64,000 nucleotides of DNA from Octopus sinensis (Eukaryota). Every line of letters starts with the position of its first letter. The stretch's first letter is position 1. Of this stretch, positions 1 through 11,951 are shown piece after piece. Location: the NCBI RefSeq assembly GCF_006345805.1, contig NC_043011.1:7130001-7194000 (forward strand). Reading direction: 5' to 3'. The notes under the pieces are model-generated. The model saw only the letters and a list, made by a program, of their open reading frames with translations, made no database searches and was not told where the DNA came from. A program made the position numbers and the translations under genes.

Positions 1-642
1 CGAAAATTAGGATCGCCAGCAACATTATCAGACCCTTTAATGGTGAAGGCGATGTAGTGGCCTGGATGCGTAAAATCAGACTGGTGGCAAGACTGCAAGG
101 TATAAGCGATGTGGCAAGTCTTATGGTGCTGTATTTGGAAGGGAGCGCGTTGACACTATATCTTGAGATGGACGAGGAAGAACGTCTGAGCGAGGAAAAG
201 ATAGAGCAACGTCTGAGGGATGCCTACACAGAGTGTGAATACACAGCTTTTGCTAAGCTGGGTACGATTAGATGGACGGGAGGACAGGTGGACGAATACG
301 CGGCAGAAGTTCGAAGGTTAGCAATGCTGGCTGGGTTTACAGGAGAAGGGCTGGAGAGAGCAGTGCGACTGGCATTCGTAAATGGGTTCCCCGACGATGT
401 AGGGATTCACCTACAACAATTGCCTGGGAGTAAAAAGATGGTGCTGAGCGAACTTGTGACTCAAGCCCGCATGTTGACGCGACACGCTGGGCGGAAGGTG
501 ATAGCGATGGCGGTGACGGAGGTGCGTAAAGACGGACGACGGCCGGAGAAAGATGTGCAGAAGCCTGCCGTGCAACGATGCCGGCCGTTCTCAGGTCGGT
601 GTTTTAGATGTCAGGGGTCGCACCTGGCGAGGGAGTGTACAG

Positions 643-867
643 TACCTATTTCTTTATTACCCACAAGGGGCTAAACATAGAGGGGACAAACAACGACAGA
701 CATAGGTATTAAGTCGATTACATCGACCCCAGTGCGTAACTGGTACTTAATTTATCGACCCCGAAAGGATGAAAGGTAAAGTCGACCTTGGCGGAATTTG
801 AACTCACAACGTAACGGCAGACGAATACGGCTACGCATTTCGCCCGGCGCGCTAACGTTTCTGCCAG
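643..867 (-). mobile_element. tRNA-derived SINE (MetaSINE-like central domain) inserted in gag
   Basis: Matches copies at 18593-19199, 33833-34010 and 41378-41586. B-box GAGTTCAAATTCC on the minus strand; central CCTTTCATCCTTTCGGGGTCGATAAATTAAGTACCAG; CAG at both junctions (640-642, 865-867). Confidence 0.85.
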
Positions 868-922
868 GACCTGTTTCCTATCGATGCAGGCAGACAGGGC
901 ACATCACCCGTGATTGCGACCA

Positions 923-964
923 GGGAAACGACCGTGGGGAAGTTGCTGCATCTCAAACTTTCTC
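923..964 (+). promoter_or_regulatory. -1 programmed ribosomal frameshift signal (G GGA AAC plus downstream stem-loop)
   Basis: Slippery heptamer 923-929 is in gag phase; 6-nt spacer; 9-bp stem 936-944/956-964 with two G-U pairs; pol lies in the -1 frame. Confidence 0.75.
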
Positions 965-1795
965 TGCAAACAATTAGAGGCGATTTTGGAGAAGCTGCCA
1001 TTAATTGATGTCGAGGCCGAGGGGAAGACGTTCGAGGCCCTTGTAGATACGGGCTGCACGACGACCCTTGTGACTTCAAGGGTGACGAAGAAATGGAATG
1101 GGGCAAGTAGCGTCCGGGTGGTCGACGGCAGCGAAATCCGTTGCAAAGGCAGCAGCAAGGTAGAGATAGTGGTGCGAGGCACAACACTAAGGCTGCAGGT
1201 AATTGTGGCTGAACGCGTGGTGATGGGGATGGATGCCATCAACCGCCTCAGTGGCATCAGTATTGTGGGAGATGAGGTCACATTCGGAAGCGTGGGGGCG
1301 TCGTGCTCTGCAAGTCAGGATCGGCAGAGAGAGCAGAGCCCCACGATGGACTGCGCTGCTTACACCATCGAGGACAAAGACTTTCAGGCGGCGTTCGATG
1401 GTCAGCGGTGGACGATAGAGTGGCGATGGAAGGACAAGTCCCCGAAGCTGAAAAACAGAGTGAGCTGCTACCAGCATACCCTGAAAGGCCACGCCAGGGT
1501 CGTGTTTGAAGACGAGGTGGAGAGGTGGATTGAGGAAGGAGTCCTTGTCCCTTGGGAGGAGGAGATAGCGGGCAGAGTGCTACCCCTGATGGCGGTGGTG
1601 CAGCCTATGAAGGGAAAAGTCAGACCGGTGCTGGACTTCAGGGAGCTAAACCAGCATGTATCGTGTCACACTGGAAGTGAGGCGATGGACGTTTGTGGCG
1701 AGACGTTACGTGCGTGGAGACAGTCGACAAAGGCAGCGACGATTGTCGACTTGAAATCGGCCTACTTGCAGCTCCATTTGAGCGACAAACTGTGG
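923..1795 (+). mobile_element. Ty3/Gypsy pol fragment: aspartic protease plus N-terminal half of RT, truncated
   Basis: ALVDTGC protease motif; RT motifs PLMAVVQPMKGKVRPVLDFRELN and IVDLKSAYLQLH. Homology stops near W at 1793-1795, before the YxDD motif. The frame is -1 relative to gag. Confidence 0.9.
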
Positions 1796-2772
1796 TGTAT
1801 GCGAGAGATTCGGAATAAGGGCACCTACCTTCTCTTCACTCAGACGGAGACGTTTCAGCAGTAATGGATCCTTCAACACAGCCTGACCCGAACACTAGAA
1901 ATAGCAGCTGCTTCACCCTTACCTTAACAACGCGCTGTCCCGTCTTACTCACTCGGAGACCTCAATCGAAAAGGCAGAATCCTGCCCTACCAGCGCGCGT
2001 CCCTCCTACTCATTAGAGCAACATGAAACAAAGTGTTTTGCTGCTGACTAGTCTGGGGATTGAACCCACAATCTAATCATTGTGAATGCAACACACTAAC
2101 CACTAATTTATATTCTTAAAAATCAGCAACACACCTACAAATTCATTCTATGTAACCATTTGAGGACCAGTGGTGTAGAGAAAACTGTGGTGGTGGTCAG
2201 GTGAAAGAAGTGACACAAACAGCCAGGTCATGAGTTCACGTCTCACTACAGACACTGTCACACTGAATCGTTGTTCTTGTTAACATTGATTAAGCAAATC
2301 TAAGATTAAAGACTGTACCAATTCCACAGATTTCTCCGGAACTCTACCATCCACTGTAAATATTGATTTAATAAAAAAAATTAAATCAATATTTTGTTGT
2401 GTCTGAAGAAGGTAATTCTGTTTAAATACCTTATTGATTAACACACTCACCAGCTTGATTTCCACTCATTTACTTATTTATTTTTTGGTTTATCATCTCA
2501 AACATAAAGAACGCAGCTCCAATAATGGGCAGAGTCAACAACTATCGAAGAAGCTGCAAGAAGCAATGAAAATTTTAGAAAAATAATAAATGAGTGGAAA
2601 TTGAACCAGTGAGTGTGTTAATAAGATATTAAAACAGAATGACCCTCCCTAGACACAACAAAATATGCTTCAACACACCAACTCACATAAAGAATCTTGC
2701 AAACCAAATACAAAAACTAAGTGAATCAATGTTCCTGTCTATAATTTCAAAATAATTTCCAAAATTTCTTAC

Positions 2773-2854
2773 CAGAATGATGTGAATATTTTTGCAGCAC
2801 TTTCAATAGCAGCAGCTTATAATTCTGGTTGGATCCATCTTCCAACTGATAGCA
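2773..2854 (-). CDS. CFAP69: CFAP69 coding exon 7 (CYQLEDGSNQNYKLLLLKVLQKYSHHS+G)
   Basis: ttccAG acceptor, GTAAG donor, 82 nt, phase 0 to 1. Resembles recalled vertebrate CFAP69 segment KLWVLKVLQHLS. Confidence 0.85.
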
Positions 2855-2965
2855 CTGGAATATGAAGAGAAAGTAAGGATTATTTTCCTAATCAGGTATA
2901 ATCCTTTCATTTGACTCACCCTCTCAACTGTTCACTGTAAAGCACAGCCTGGGTCACAAAGGACA

Positions 2966-3210
2966 GGGACAGCATTCAATCTGTTTATATTCAAACCCTT
3001 ATTTTACTGCTCTCCCATCATGATGCCTGTGCAACAAGGGGACAGCATTCAATCTGTTTATATTCAAACCCTTATTTTACTGCTCTCCCATCATGATGCC
3101 TGTGCAACGAGGGGACAGCATTCAATCTGTTTATATTCAAACCCTTATTTTACTGCTCTCCCATCATGATGCCTGTGCAACGAGGGGACAACATTCAATC
3201 TGTTTATATT
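2966..3210. repeat. 73-bp minisatellite, about 3.3 copies
   Basis: GGGACA recurs at 2966, 3039, 3112 and 3185; units are nearly identical with no spacers. Confidence 0.95.
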
Positions 3211-3700
3211 TAATCCTCCTTATTACTCGACCCCTCACCTGCCGTGACACCCATGAAAAGAGGGATTGCACCAGATGAATCTATACTTCACACACACACA
3301 CACACACACTACATTCACCCTTCTGTTCTGATAGCCATCATTCCCCACCCCCCCTCCAGGGCACTCATTACAGACATCTATTACTCTCTCTCTCTCTCTC
3401 TCTCCCACCATTACCCATCTCTATTACCATCCATCACTCTCTCTTTCACACAAGCAAACATATAGCTGCCATTTCTGTTTCCCTTCTTTTGCCCCTCCTC
3501 AACCAGCATTTTATCCCAATCCTTCCTTTCTGCCATCATCCTCTCTTTTCTTTCACTCTTTTGCCCTGATTCTTCTATCATCCTTCTCTCTCTCTCTCTC
3601 TCTCCCTCTCTCTCTCTCTTCTGCCAGACCATTTGGTCACATTACCTTGAACAAACAAAGAAAAACCAGAGCAGTGAAGAAGCTTTATCTTTTAAAGTAA

Positions 3701-4071
3701 ACTAGCACTATGACCCGGCGTTGCTGGGTCATAGTGCTAGTGCATGCATATACAGCTGCGTACTTGCGTGCGCACATACATGCGAGTACTGTCCAAATCT
3801 CCGACCAATCACATACAGCTAGCTGGCATTCAATTGGCATATCAAGTTTCGGGCATTTTGATTGGGTTTTGGATAGAAAATTCACAAAAAAGTCACTTCT
3901 ATTGATTTTTTTTAATGGCTTTGCGGGGTGACTGGGGAAATGTAAAGATGTGCACGACCACCCTTGGACAGTTTTCAATGACCATAGAAAATGCGAGCCC
4001 TCTAACTAAAAAATTGTGGATTTGTATAAAGGACATACACACAGACATTTTGCCGTTTATATATATAGAGA
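3701..4071 (-). mobile_element. Non-autonomous Helitron/Helentron-like element
   Basis: On the minus strand it starts TCTCTATATATATAAA and ends with the CCCAGCAACGCCGGG hairpin plus GCTAGT. The terminus is part of a perfect 16-bp-stem hairpin at 3701-3741. Same end type as 22415-22727. Confidence 0.65.
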
Positions 4072-5363
4072 TGCCAATCTCATTATCATCATTGTTCACC
4101 ATCTGTTTTCCGGGCTGGCATAGTTGGACAGGTTGATAAGTTCCTGCACTGAGCCCTTATGTCAGCTTTGGTTTGCTTTCTATAGCTGGATGCCCTTCCA
4201 AATGCCAATCCCCTTACAGTGTGTTCCAGGCACTTTTTCTGTGTCACCAGAACTAGTCGGGTCATCAAGTCAGTTGTAGAACATAAAAGAACTGAAAAAG
4301 GTAAAATGTCCCCATAGGATGGAGAGTATTAGCAAGGGGAGTGTAGCTTTATACCAGGGGCTGAGAATCTGAAAATTTGACAGAGAGAGACAGGCATATG
4401 TATCATGCTTTAGAAGAGATACACACAGCTACCCAACATTATATAAGGGTTATTAGTATATATCTCCTAATATAATAATGAGTGCAATGTTTTTATATAT
4501 TTGTGTGTGTATGTATGTATATATATATATATCTCTTATTATAAAAGGCAGATTTTATCTGCCTCCCTTTGTCAGTTACAGAAATCTACAATATAGGATT
4601 TCTTCAATTACAATTTACCTAGCATTTTTAAGAGTAGAATGCATCGGGTCGTGACAGGTCCACTTTTTAAAATTTCAACCCCAATTAAGCAAAATTTAGA
4701 GAAAACTCACATTGTGGTGTATGAGTCAAATGCTTCTCTTAGTGTGGGATACAGCACACGCAAATGCACACACACAGTGTGCAACGAATAAAGTGAAACT
4801 AATTCACTTTCTGTAGTGAGTGACTATTTCACTCTACATTCCCACTTCCAATTTACACACATAGACACGCAAATATATAAATAAAATTGTAAGCTAACGT
4901 GTGTGTGTGCGTGTGAGTGTGTGTGTGCGTTTGTGTGTGTGTGTGTGGATGTGTGTGTGTGTGTGTGTGTGTGCATGTGCGTGAGAAAAGGTAAATTGGT
5001 TTTTATTTTACTCTGTATATATTTTATTATATAATTTATAATAAGAGATATTATATATAGACATATGTATATATAATTGCAGTATGAAACAGTGTTTATG
5101 TATAAACAGACGACACTTATATATAGTTATTAATAAATGTATGCATCCGTTTAACCCTTTCGTTACCAAACCGCCCGAATTTACCTATTCATATTTAAAT
5201 GAGAATATCAGAGTAAATCTCTTTAGTACATTCATGAAAATACGTATTATACTTCGTAAACACTTCAAATACAGTTTTGTACAAAAATCGAAGTGTAATT
5301 TTAATTCCGTGAATTATGGGAGATTTTTTTCCGAAATTTGTTCCTATTGTGTTTTCAAAATTT

Positions 5364-5847
5364 GTTATTTACATTATTTACATTTGACAGATATTTGTCT
5401 TCATCTTATTTGTTGTTAACACAATATTTCAGCTGATATACCCTCCAGCCTTCATCAGGTGTCTTGGGGAAATTTCGAATCTGGGTTCTCATTCCTGAGG
5501 TATTTTTTGATGTTGTTGTTGTTATTATTATTATTATTCAGGTCACTGTCTGGAATCGAACTCGGAATCTTGGGGTTAGTAGCCCGCGCTCTTAACCACT
5601 ATGCCCATGGGCATATGGCATAGCGGTTAAGAGCGAAGACTACTAACCCCAAGGTTCCGAGTTCGATTCCAGACAGGGACCTAAATAACAATAACAACAT
5701 CGAAAAAATACCTTAGGAATGAGAACCCAGGTTCGAAATTTCCCCAAGACACCTGATGAAGGCTGGAGGGTATATCAGCCGAAACATTGCGTTAACAACA
5801 AACAAGATGAGGACAGATATCCGTCAAATGTAAATAATGTAAATAAC
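5364..5847. mobile_element. Head-to-head inverted pair of a tRNA-headed element with a Penelope-type hammerhead tail
   Basis: Arms 5364-5605 and 5617-5847 are reverse complements. Each has a tRNA-like head (GGTTAAGAGC...GAGTTCGATTCC), an (AAT/AAC)n spacer and a CTGATGA-A-GGCTG...CAGCC-GAAA core. Confidence 0.85.
5748..5793 (+). ncRNA. Minimal type I hammerhead-like motif, family 1 (mirror copy at about 5417-5463 on minus)
   Basis: gacac-CTGATGA-A-GGCTG(10 nt)CAGCC-GAAAC-(G)TT-gtgtt. Stems I and II pair; the consensus helix III is the palindrome AACGTT. Both copies show CpG-type substitutions. Confidence 0.65.
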
Positions 5848-5995
5848 TAAATACTCAGAAACCTAGATTGAGTGTTCACAACTTTTATATCAATAATAGT
5901 TGTTTAGTTCCAAGTCAGGCATGAATAAGCAAACCTTAAAATAATTAAAAGTGCTTTAACTGTGATTATCCAGTTTTTTTTCTTTTTTCTGGGCA

Positions 5996-6386
5996 TACTC
6001 TTTTACTCTTTTACTTGTTTCAGTCATTTGACTGCGGCCATGCTGGAGCACTGCCTTTAGTCGAGCAAATCGACCCCAGGACTTATTCTTTGTAAGCCTA
6101 GTACTTATTCTATTGGTCTCTTTTGCTGAACCGCTAAGTGACGGGGACGTAAACACACCAGCATCGGTTGTCAAGCAATGCTAGGGGGACAAACACAGAC
6201 ACACAAACATATATATATAAATATATATACATATATACGACGGGCTTCTTTCAGTTTCCGTCTACCAAATCCACTTTGGTCGGCCCGAGGCTATAGTAGA
6301 AGACACTTACTCAAGATGCCATGCAGTGGGACTGAACCCGGAACCATGTGGTTGGTAAGCAAGCTACTTACCACACAGCCACTCCT
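5996..6386 (-). mobile_element. Abundant tRNA-derived SINE with CORE-like segment (full length)
   Basis: Head GGAGTGGCTGTGTGGTAAG...GGTTCAGTCCC, central (TA)/(TG) tract, tail ...GTCAAATGACTGAAACAAGTAAAAGAG. More than 15 copies in the window. Confidence 0.9.
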
Positions 6387-6904
6387 GTGCCATAATGTAT
6401 CTGGAACTACATTTTTCAATAAATTCTCCCTTTTTTTTAAAGACAGAAGGGAATAATTTAGTGGAATCTGACTCATTTCAAGCAGGCTGTTATAATTCTT
6501 GGAATATGGTAAAAGCTTTGAAAAAAAATTATTTTAGGTATCCCAAACATTTTGAAAAGAAAATCCTTCTCTGTTAAAATAATTAATTACATTATCCAAA
6601 CTAACCAATTAGGGGACTGCTACCATAATTACATTATCCAAAGTAACCACTCAGCACACTGATTTTTAAAAATTTAGCAGCAAAGTCCTATGCAGTAGTC
6701 TTTTAATGTTTCGTAACCATTTTGCCATGCTAACCTGGTTTGCCAGTTCCTGTCACACCATCCAACCCATGCCAGCAGGGAAAGCAGACTTCAAATGTCA
6801 ATGTTCAAAATCTTTACCCCATGGTAGGTCCTCGACACTCTGCACTCTGGGTTTTATTCAGTTCTGTCTTTGGAAACAAGAACACAAGAGAACAGTTTGC
6901 TTAC

Positions 6905-6978
6905 CTTCACAATCGTTAACATCATGTCACTAAGATCGATCAGTTTTACAAGATATTCTTTACTACACGGTTGGTATT
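6905..6978 (-). CDS. CFAP69: CFAP69 coding exon 6 (aa+YQPCSKEYLVKLIDLSDMMLTIVK)
   Basis: ctcacAG acceptor, GTAAG donor, 74 nt, phase 1 to 0. Joins exons 5 and 7 in frame; resembles recalled YQQASSSYKIQM. Confidence 0.88.
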
Positions 6979-7277
6979 CTGTGAGGAATTAAGACAACAG
7001 AAAGAATATCAGAAATAAATAAAAGTTGACTTGTAGTGCACCTGAGCACTGTACACAATTATTATTATTATTATTTAAAAGTGAAATTCACCTACAAAGA
7101 AAGGATTTTTTTTTTTGGGGTTGCTGTCACAGATTTGGAAATTTTAAAATTAAGTGAAAAATTTTAAAATTTGGTATGTTGATGGAATTTTTCACACTGA
7201 ACCTGAATTTGGGATTTGTTTATTCCAGAAAAAGATTCAGAAATACATAACAGAGCTTCAAGTCTGATCATTTTTAA

Positions 7278-7373
7278 CCAATCAGAAAGCAAGGAATCAA
7301 AAGCTGGCATGTACAGCATCCTTGTTACAATGAAAACAGGGCAGATAACAGCTTCGATCGTTACTATGGAAAC
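7278..7373. promoter_or_regulatory. Intronic cluster: CCAAT box plus two X-box-like motifs
   Basis: CCAATCAG 7278-7285; GTTACAATGAAAAC 7324-7337; GTTACTATGGAAAC 7360-7373. Confidence 0.4.
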
Positions 7374-7761
7374 AGACACCAATGTGAGATATACAGTCGT
7401 GCATAATGATAGCTTTTGGTTGGCTAAAATTACCCCAAATTTGAAAACTTTAAAAGTTATTAAATTTTTTTTATTTATAAACTCATGGCAAAAATGAATT
7501 TCGTTTTCATAATTAGCATACAAGACTAAATCAGTATAACCCAATTAAAAAAGCATTGGAACGAAATTGGGAAAAAAAACTGAATCTTACAGCAACCAAA
7601 GAGATTCAACAAATCATACAACACAACCAGGTGAGTTCCCAAAACCCTTATTTTCACAAACCTGTTCATAGTCTCAGATCATGAGATTAGATATGAAAGC
7701 AAAATCACTAGACATGGCAAAGCTGTCTTCTTTCACTCTTTCCTCCTCGCTCCTTCTGTCA

Positions 7762-7823
<62 letters not shown>

Positions 7824-8875
7824 TCTCTCTCTCTCCCCTACTAATCCTTTTGGTTACACTGCATCAAAGACAAAAAATAGTTGAGAAGACCCTTTAGTCT
7901 TGTGAGGTACATGGTAAGCTCTTTAGTACTGATTCCGTAATGAAAATCTCCCAATTATCCAAAATGCCATGCAAATTATGGCAGAAGAACAATCTTCACA
8001 ATGGAATCTGCCAAGAGTCACACTTGTCCAAAAGTTATAACAGCTGGTTAACAAAATAATAATTGTTTCTACTAAAGGCACAAGGCCAGCAATTTTGAGG
8101 GGAGGGTTTTGTTGACCCCCCAGATTTTGTTAAATACTTTATTTTATTGACCCTCTATTTATTCTTTTTTTTTTGTAGTAGGGAAAGTAGAAGTAATTAA
8201 CTAAAGTAGAATTAATTAACTAAACCACAGTAATTGACTGGTATTTTAAGACCCTATCTTCAGAATAATGAGAAGCGAAATCAAGGGACTTGAATTAATA
8301 ACCATGTTGAATATGTTGAAGTTCAGTTCATAAAATATTTTCTTGTGAAGAAACAGCAATTTTTGTTTATTCTTCAAATGCAAACAGCAACAACATTTTC
8401 AATTAATAATATCAAATTAATATCATTTTGGTAGGAATAGAAAATATTTTCATTATAATTTTAATGTCCGCTCATCCATGCTTCCAATGGATCCAACAGA
8501 ATTCACTGAGGCAGATTTTCAATACAGTTGGATGCCCTCCCTGTCACCAACCTTCAACTGCTTCCAAGTAAGATAATACATCCCCATAATCAGACAGGAT
8601 TATATGGAAGATTGGAAACAAACACTACTGATGCACGTCTACAGCTATCAGGCAATGCGAAGACAGGAGGAACACACACACACACAAGACGGGTTTCTCA
8701 GCTTCCATCAACCAAATTCACTCACAAAGCTTTGGTTGGTCCAGCGCTATAGAAGACACTTGTCCAAGGGACCACACAGTGGGATTGACCCCAGAACCAT
8801 GTGGTTAGGAGGCTGACTTGTTAACCACCCAACAACATCTTCATGGCAAAAGAAAAATTTTAATGATTAAAGGGA

Positions 8876-9195
8876 TACTCTTTACTCTTTTGTACTTGTT
8901 TCAGTCATTTGACTGCGGCCATGCTGGAGCACCGCCTTTTAGTCGAGTAACTCGACCCCGGGACTTATTCTTTTTGTCTTTTTGCCAAACCGCTAAGTGA
9001 CGGGGACGTAAACACTCCAGCATCGGTTGTCAAGCAATGCTAGGGGAACAAACACAGACACACAAACACACACACATACATATATATATATATACATATA
9101 TACGACAGGCTTCTTTCAGTTTCCGTCTACCAAATCCACTCACAAGGCATTGGTCGGCCCGGGGCTCTGGCAGAAGACACTTGCCCAAGATGCCA
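8876..9195 (-). mobile_element. CORE-like SINE, 5'-truncated
   Basis: Same family as 5996-6386. Confidence 0.85.
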
Positions 9196-9914
9196 CAGGA
9201 AATTTTTAAAAATACAATTTAAATCTTTAGAAAATCCAAACTAATCCGAGTGATTTTAACTTAGTGTTAGGATTATTTTGTTAGACACAAATATGATTGA
9301 TGAAATCAGGTAAACAATAAGTTTCTACGGTGCCAATGTACGAAATTCTTAGCCCTTGAGTCACTCTGTAAGTTTTGCTGATTGTTAATAACACACACAC
9401 ACACACGTTTTGATTTCTATTTTGTTTGCATTACCAAATCTTTTCATTTTTTACCCACTTAAATTTTCAACTTAGGTCTTTTTTAAAAATTTCCCATGAG
9501 AAATTCGTCAATAATTTTTTGCCTGTGTTTGCGAAATGTGTCAATAAGATCTGTGGTTTAATCTCCAGAGCACCGCGAAGTCGAAAACATTGACAACTGT
9601 AAATTCTTCAACCAAATTATTTTATTAATTCGATATTAAGACTATCAGTGCCAGAGTTATTCCCCTTAGATCAACAATCCAAGTCGCAGCTCAGTTATCC
9701 AACTTTGAAATTGTTCAGAGTGAATGAATTTTTATTTCAATTACGTCGGCCGAAAATACAGCTTAAAGTTGCTGGGAAACTGAAATATCAATAACAGTGA
9801 AATTATTGTATACAGTGCTCAAGTGCACCACAACTTTATACGCACTTTTGACAAGTTGTGGTGCACCTGAGCACTGTATACAATACTTTCATTATTATTA
9901 TTCAATATATATAT

Positions 9915-10227
9915 ATCACCGTGATCACCGTGACCGACCAGGCTATCAGATGTTGTTACACATCGCTGGTCACAATGCGCTTCGCATTGTTTTAGCCTTC
10001 AAATGACGCCACCCGGCTGGCTAAGCGAGCAGGCCAACAGAAGAAAGAGTGAGAGAAAGTTGTGGCGAAAGAGTACAGCAGGGATCACCACCATCCCCTG
10101 CCGGAGCCTCGTGGAGCTTTAGGTGTTTTCGCTCAATAAACACTCACAACGCCCGGTCTGGGAATTGAAACCGCGATCCTACGACCGCGAGTCCGCTGCC
10201 CTAATCACTAGGCCATTGCGCCTCCAC
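9915..10227 (-). mobile_element. tRNA-derived SINE family B (head GGAGGCGCAATGGC)
   Basis: Matches 16287-16608 and 37628-37945; A/B-box-like head. Confidence 0.85.
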
Positions 10228-10539
10228 ATATATATATATAATTGTTAAACAGGGCGTCAAACATCTCAAGTCATATACAATATTATTATAGGAAAAAATT
10301 GAAAATCTTACAGCTCTTCCTGGGACATCCCCGAGTATGGGATATTCTGTCATCAGAGACAAATTGGGGAAAAAAATATGGAAAATGAGAATGGTGTATA
10401 CCAATAAGATGGCAGCATAGGGAAAAGAAGAATAAAGCGATGGAAAGAGGGAAGAACTCTAGTAATCCGTTACAACACTTACCTAGCGTACCTAATCGTT
10501 TAGATCACCTGTGAACTAAACCCCCATATTTTGTATATA

Positions 10540-10929
10540 TGTATATATATATATATATATTATTTTGTTTCAGTCATTTGACTGCAGCCATGCTGGAGCA
10601 ATGCCTTTAATCGAACAAATCAACCCCAAGACTTATTCTTTCTTAGCCTAGTACTTATTCTATTGGTCTCTTTTTCCGACTGCTAGGTTACGGGGACACA
10701 AACACACCGGCATCAGTTGTCAAGCGATGGTGGGAGGACAGACACACACACACACACACATATATATGGCAGGCTTCTTCCAGTTTCCGTCTGCCAAATC
10801 CCCTTACAAGCCTTTGGTTGGCCCAAGGCTATAGTAGAAGGTATTTTCCCAAGGTCCCACACAGTGGGACTGAACCCAGAACCATGTAGTAGGGAAGCAA
10901 GTTTCTTACCATATAGCCACTCCTGCACC

Positions 10930-10960
<31 letters not shown>

Positions 10961-11865
10961 CAGAACTGGAGGAGAAGTTTCAGGTGTGTAAGCAAGGATT
11001 AGAATCGAAGGGCCTTAGAGTCAACCTAGCTAAAACCAAAGTCCTAATAAGTAGGAAGGTAGACAAATCACAAACACCTTCAGGTAGACGGCCCTGCTCG
11101 ATCTGTAGAAAAGGTGTAGGTAGAAACTTTATAAGATGCACCAAGTGTAAGCTATGGACACATAAGAGGTGCAGCAATGTCAAAGGAAGGCTAACTGGGA
11201 AGATAGTTTTTGTATGTGGCAGATGTACCAGTGCCGGTGGCACGTAAAAAGCACCCACTACACTCTTGGAGTGGTTGGCGTTAGGAAGGGCATCCAGCCG
11301 TAGAAACACTGCCAGATCAGACTGGGCCTGGTGCAGCCTTCTGGCTTCCCAGACCCCAGTTGAACCGTCCAACCCATGCTAGCATGGAAAGCGGACGCTA
11401 AACGATGATGATGATGATGATGATACATACATATATACATACAAATATACATACATATATATATACATACATATATATATACATAAATATACATACATAT
11501 ATATAAATACATATACATACATATATACATACATATACATATATATATACATACATATACATATATATATACATACATATACATACATATATACATACAT
11601 ATACATACATATATATACATATACATACATATATATACATATACATACATATATATACATACATACACACACATACATACATATACATACATATATACAT
11701 ACATACAAATACATACATAAATACATACATGCATACATAAATACACATACATACATTCACATACATACATACACATACATACATACATATACACACATAC
11801 ATATATACATACATACATATACACACATACATATATACATACATACATATACACACATACATACA

Positions 11866-11951
<86 letters not shown>

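Larger units (their letters stand above)
3..977 (+). mobile_element. Ty3/Gypsy LTR retrotransposon gag (5'-partial), split by a SINE at 643-867
   Basis: Open frame from nt 3 (KIRIASNIIRPFNGEGDVVAW...) to zinc knuckle CFRCQGSHLAREC. It resumes in the same frame after the SINE with a second, C-to-S mutated knuckle (GPVSYRCRQTGHITRDC) and ends at TAG 975-977. Confidence 0.85.

Noticed and set aside
2966-3210. CRISPR-like periodicity
   Set aside because: Contiguous identical units with no unique spacers, in a eukaryotic context.
5617-5681. Bona fide tRNA gene (also the heads at 16287, 39786 and 44468)
   Set aside because: Incomplete acceptor and anticodon stems, fused to repeat bodies: these are SINE heads.
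7164-7544. 126-aa minus ORF and overlapping 93-aa plus ORF
   Set aside because: No phase-compatible donor links them to CFAP69 exon 6, and the exon chain closes without them. VTMET is simply the translated X-box.
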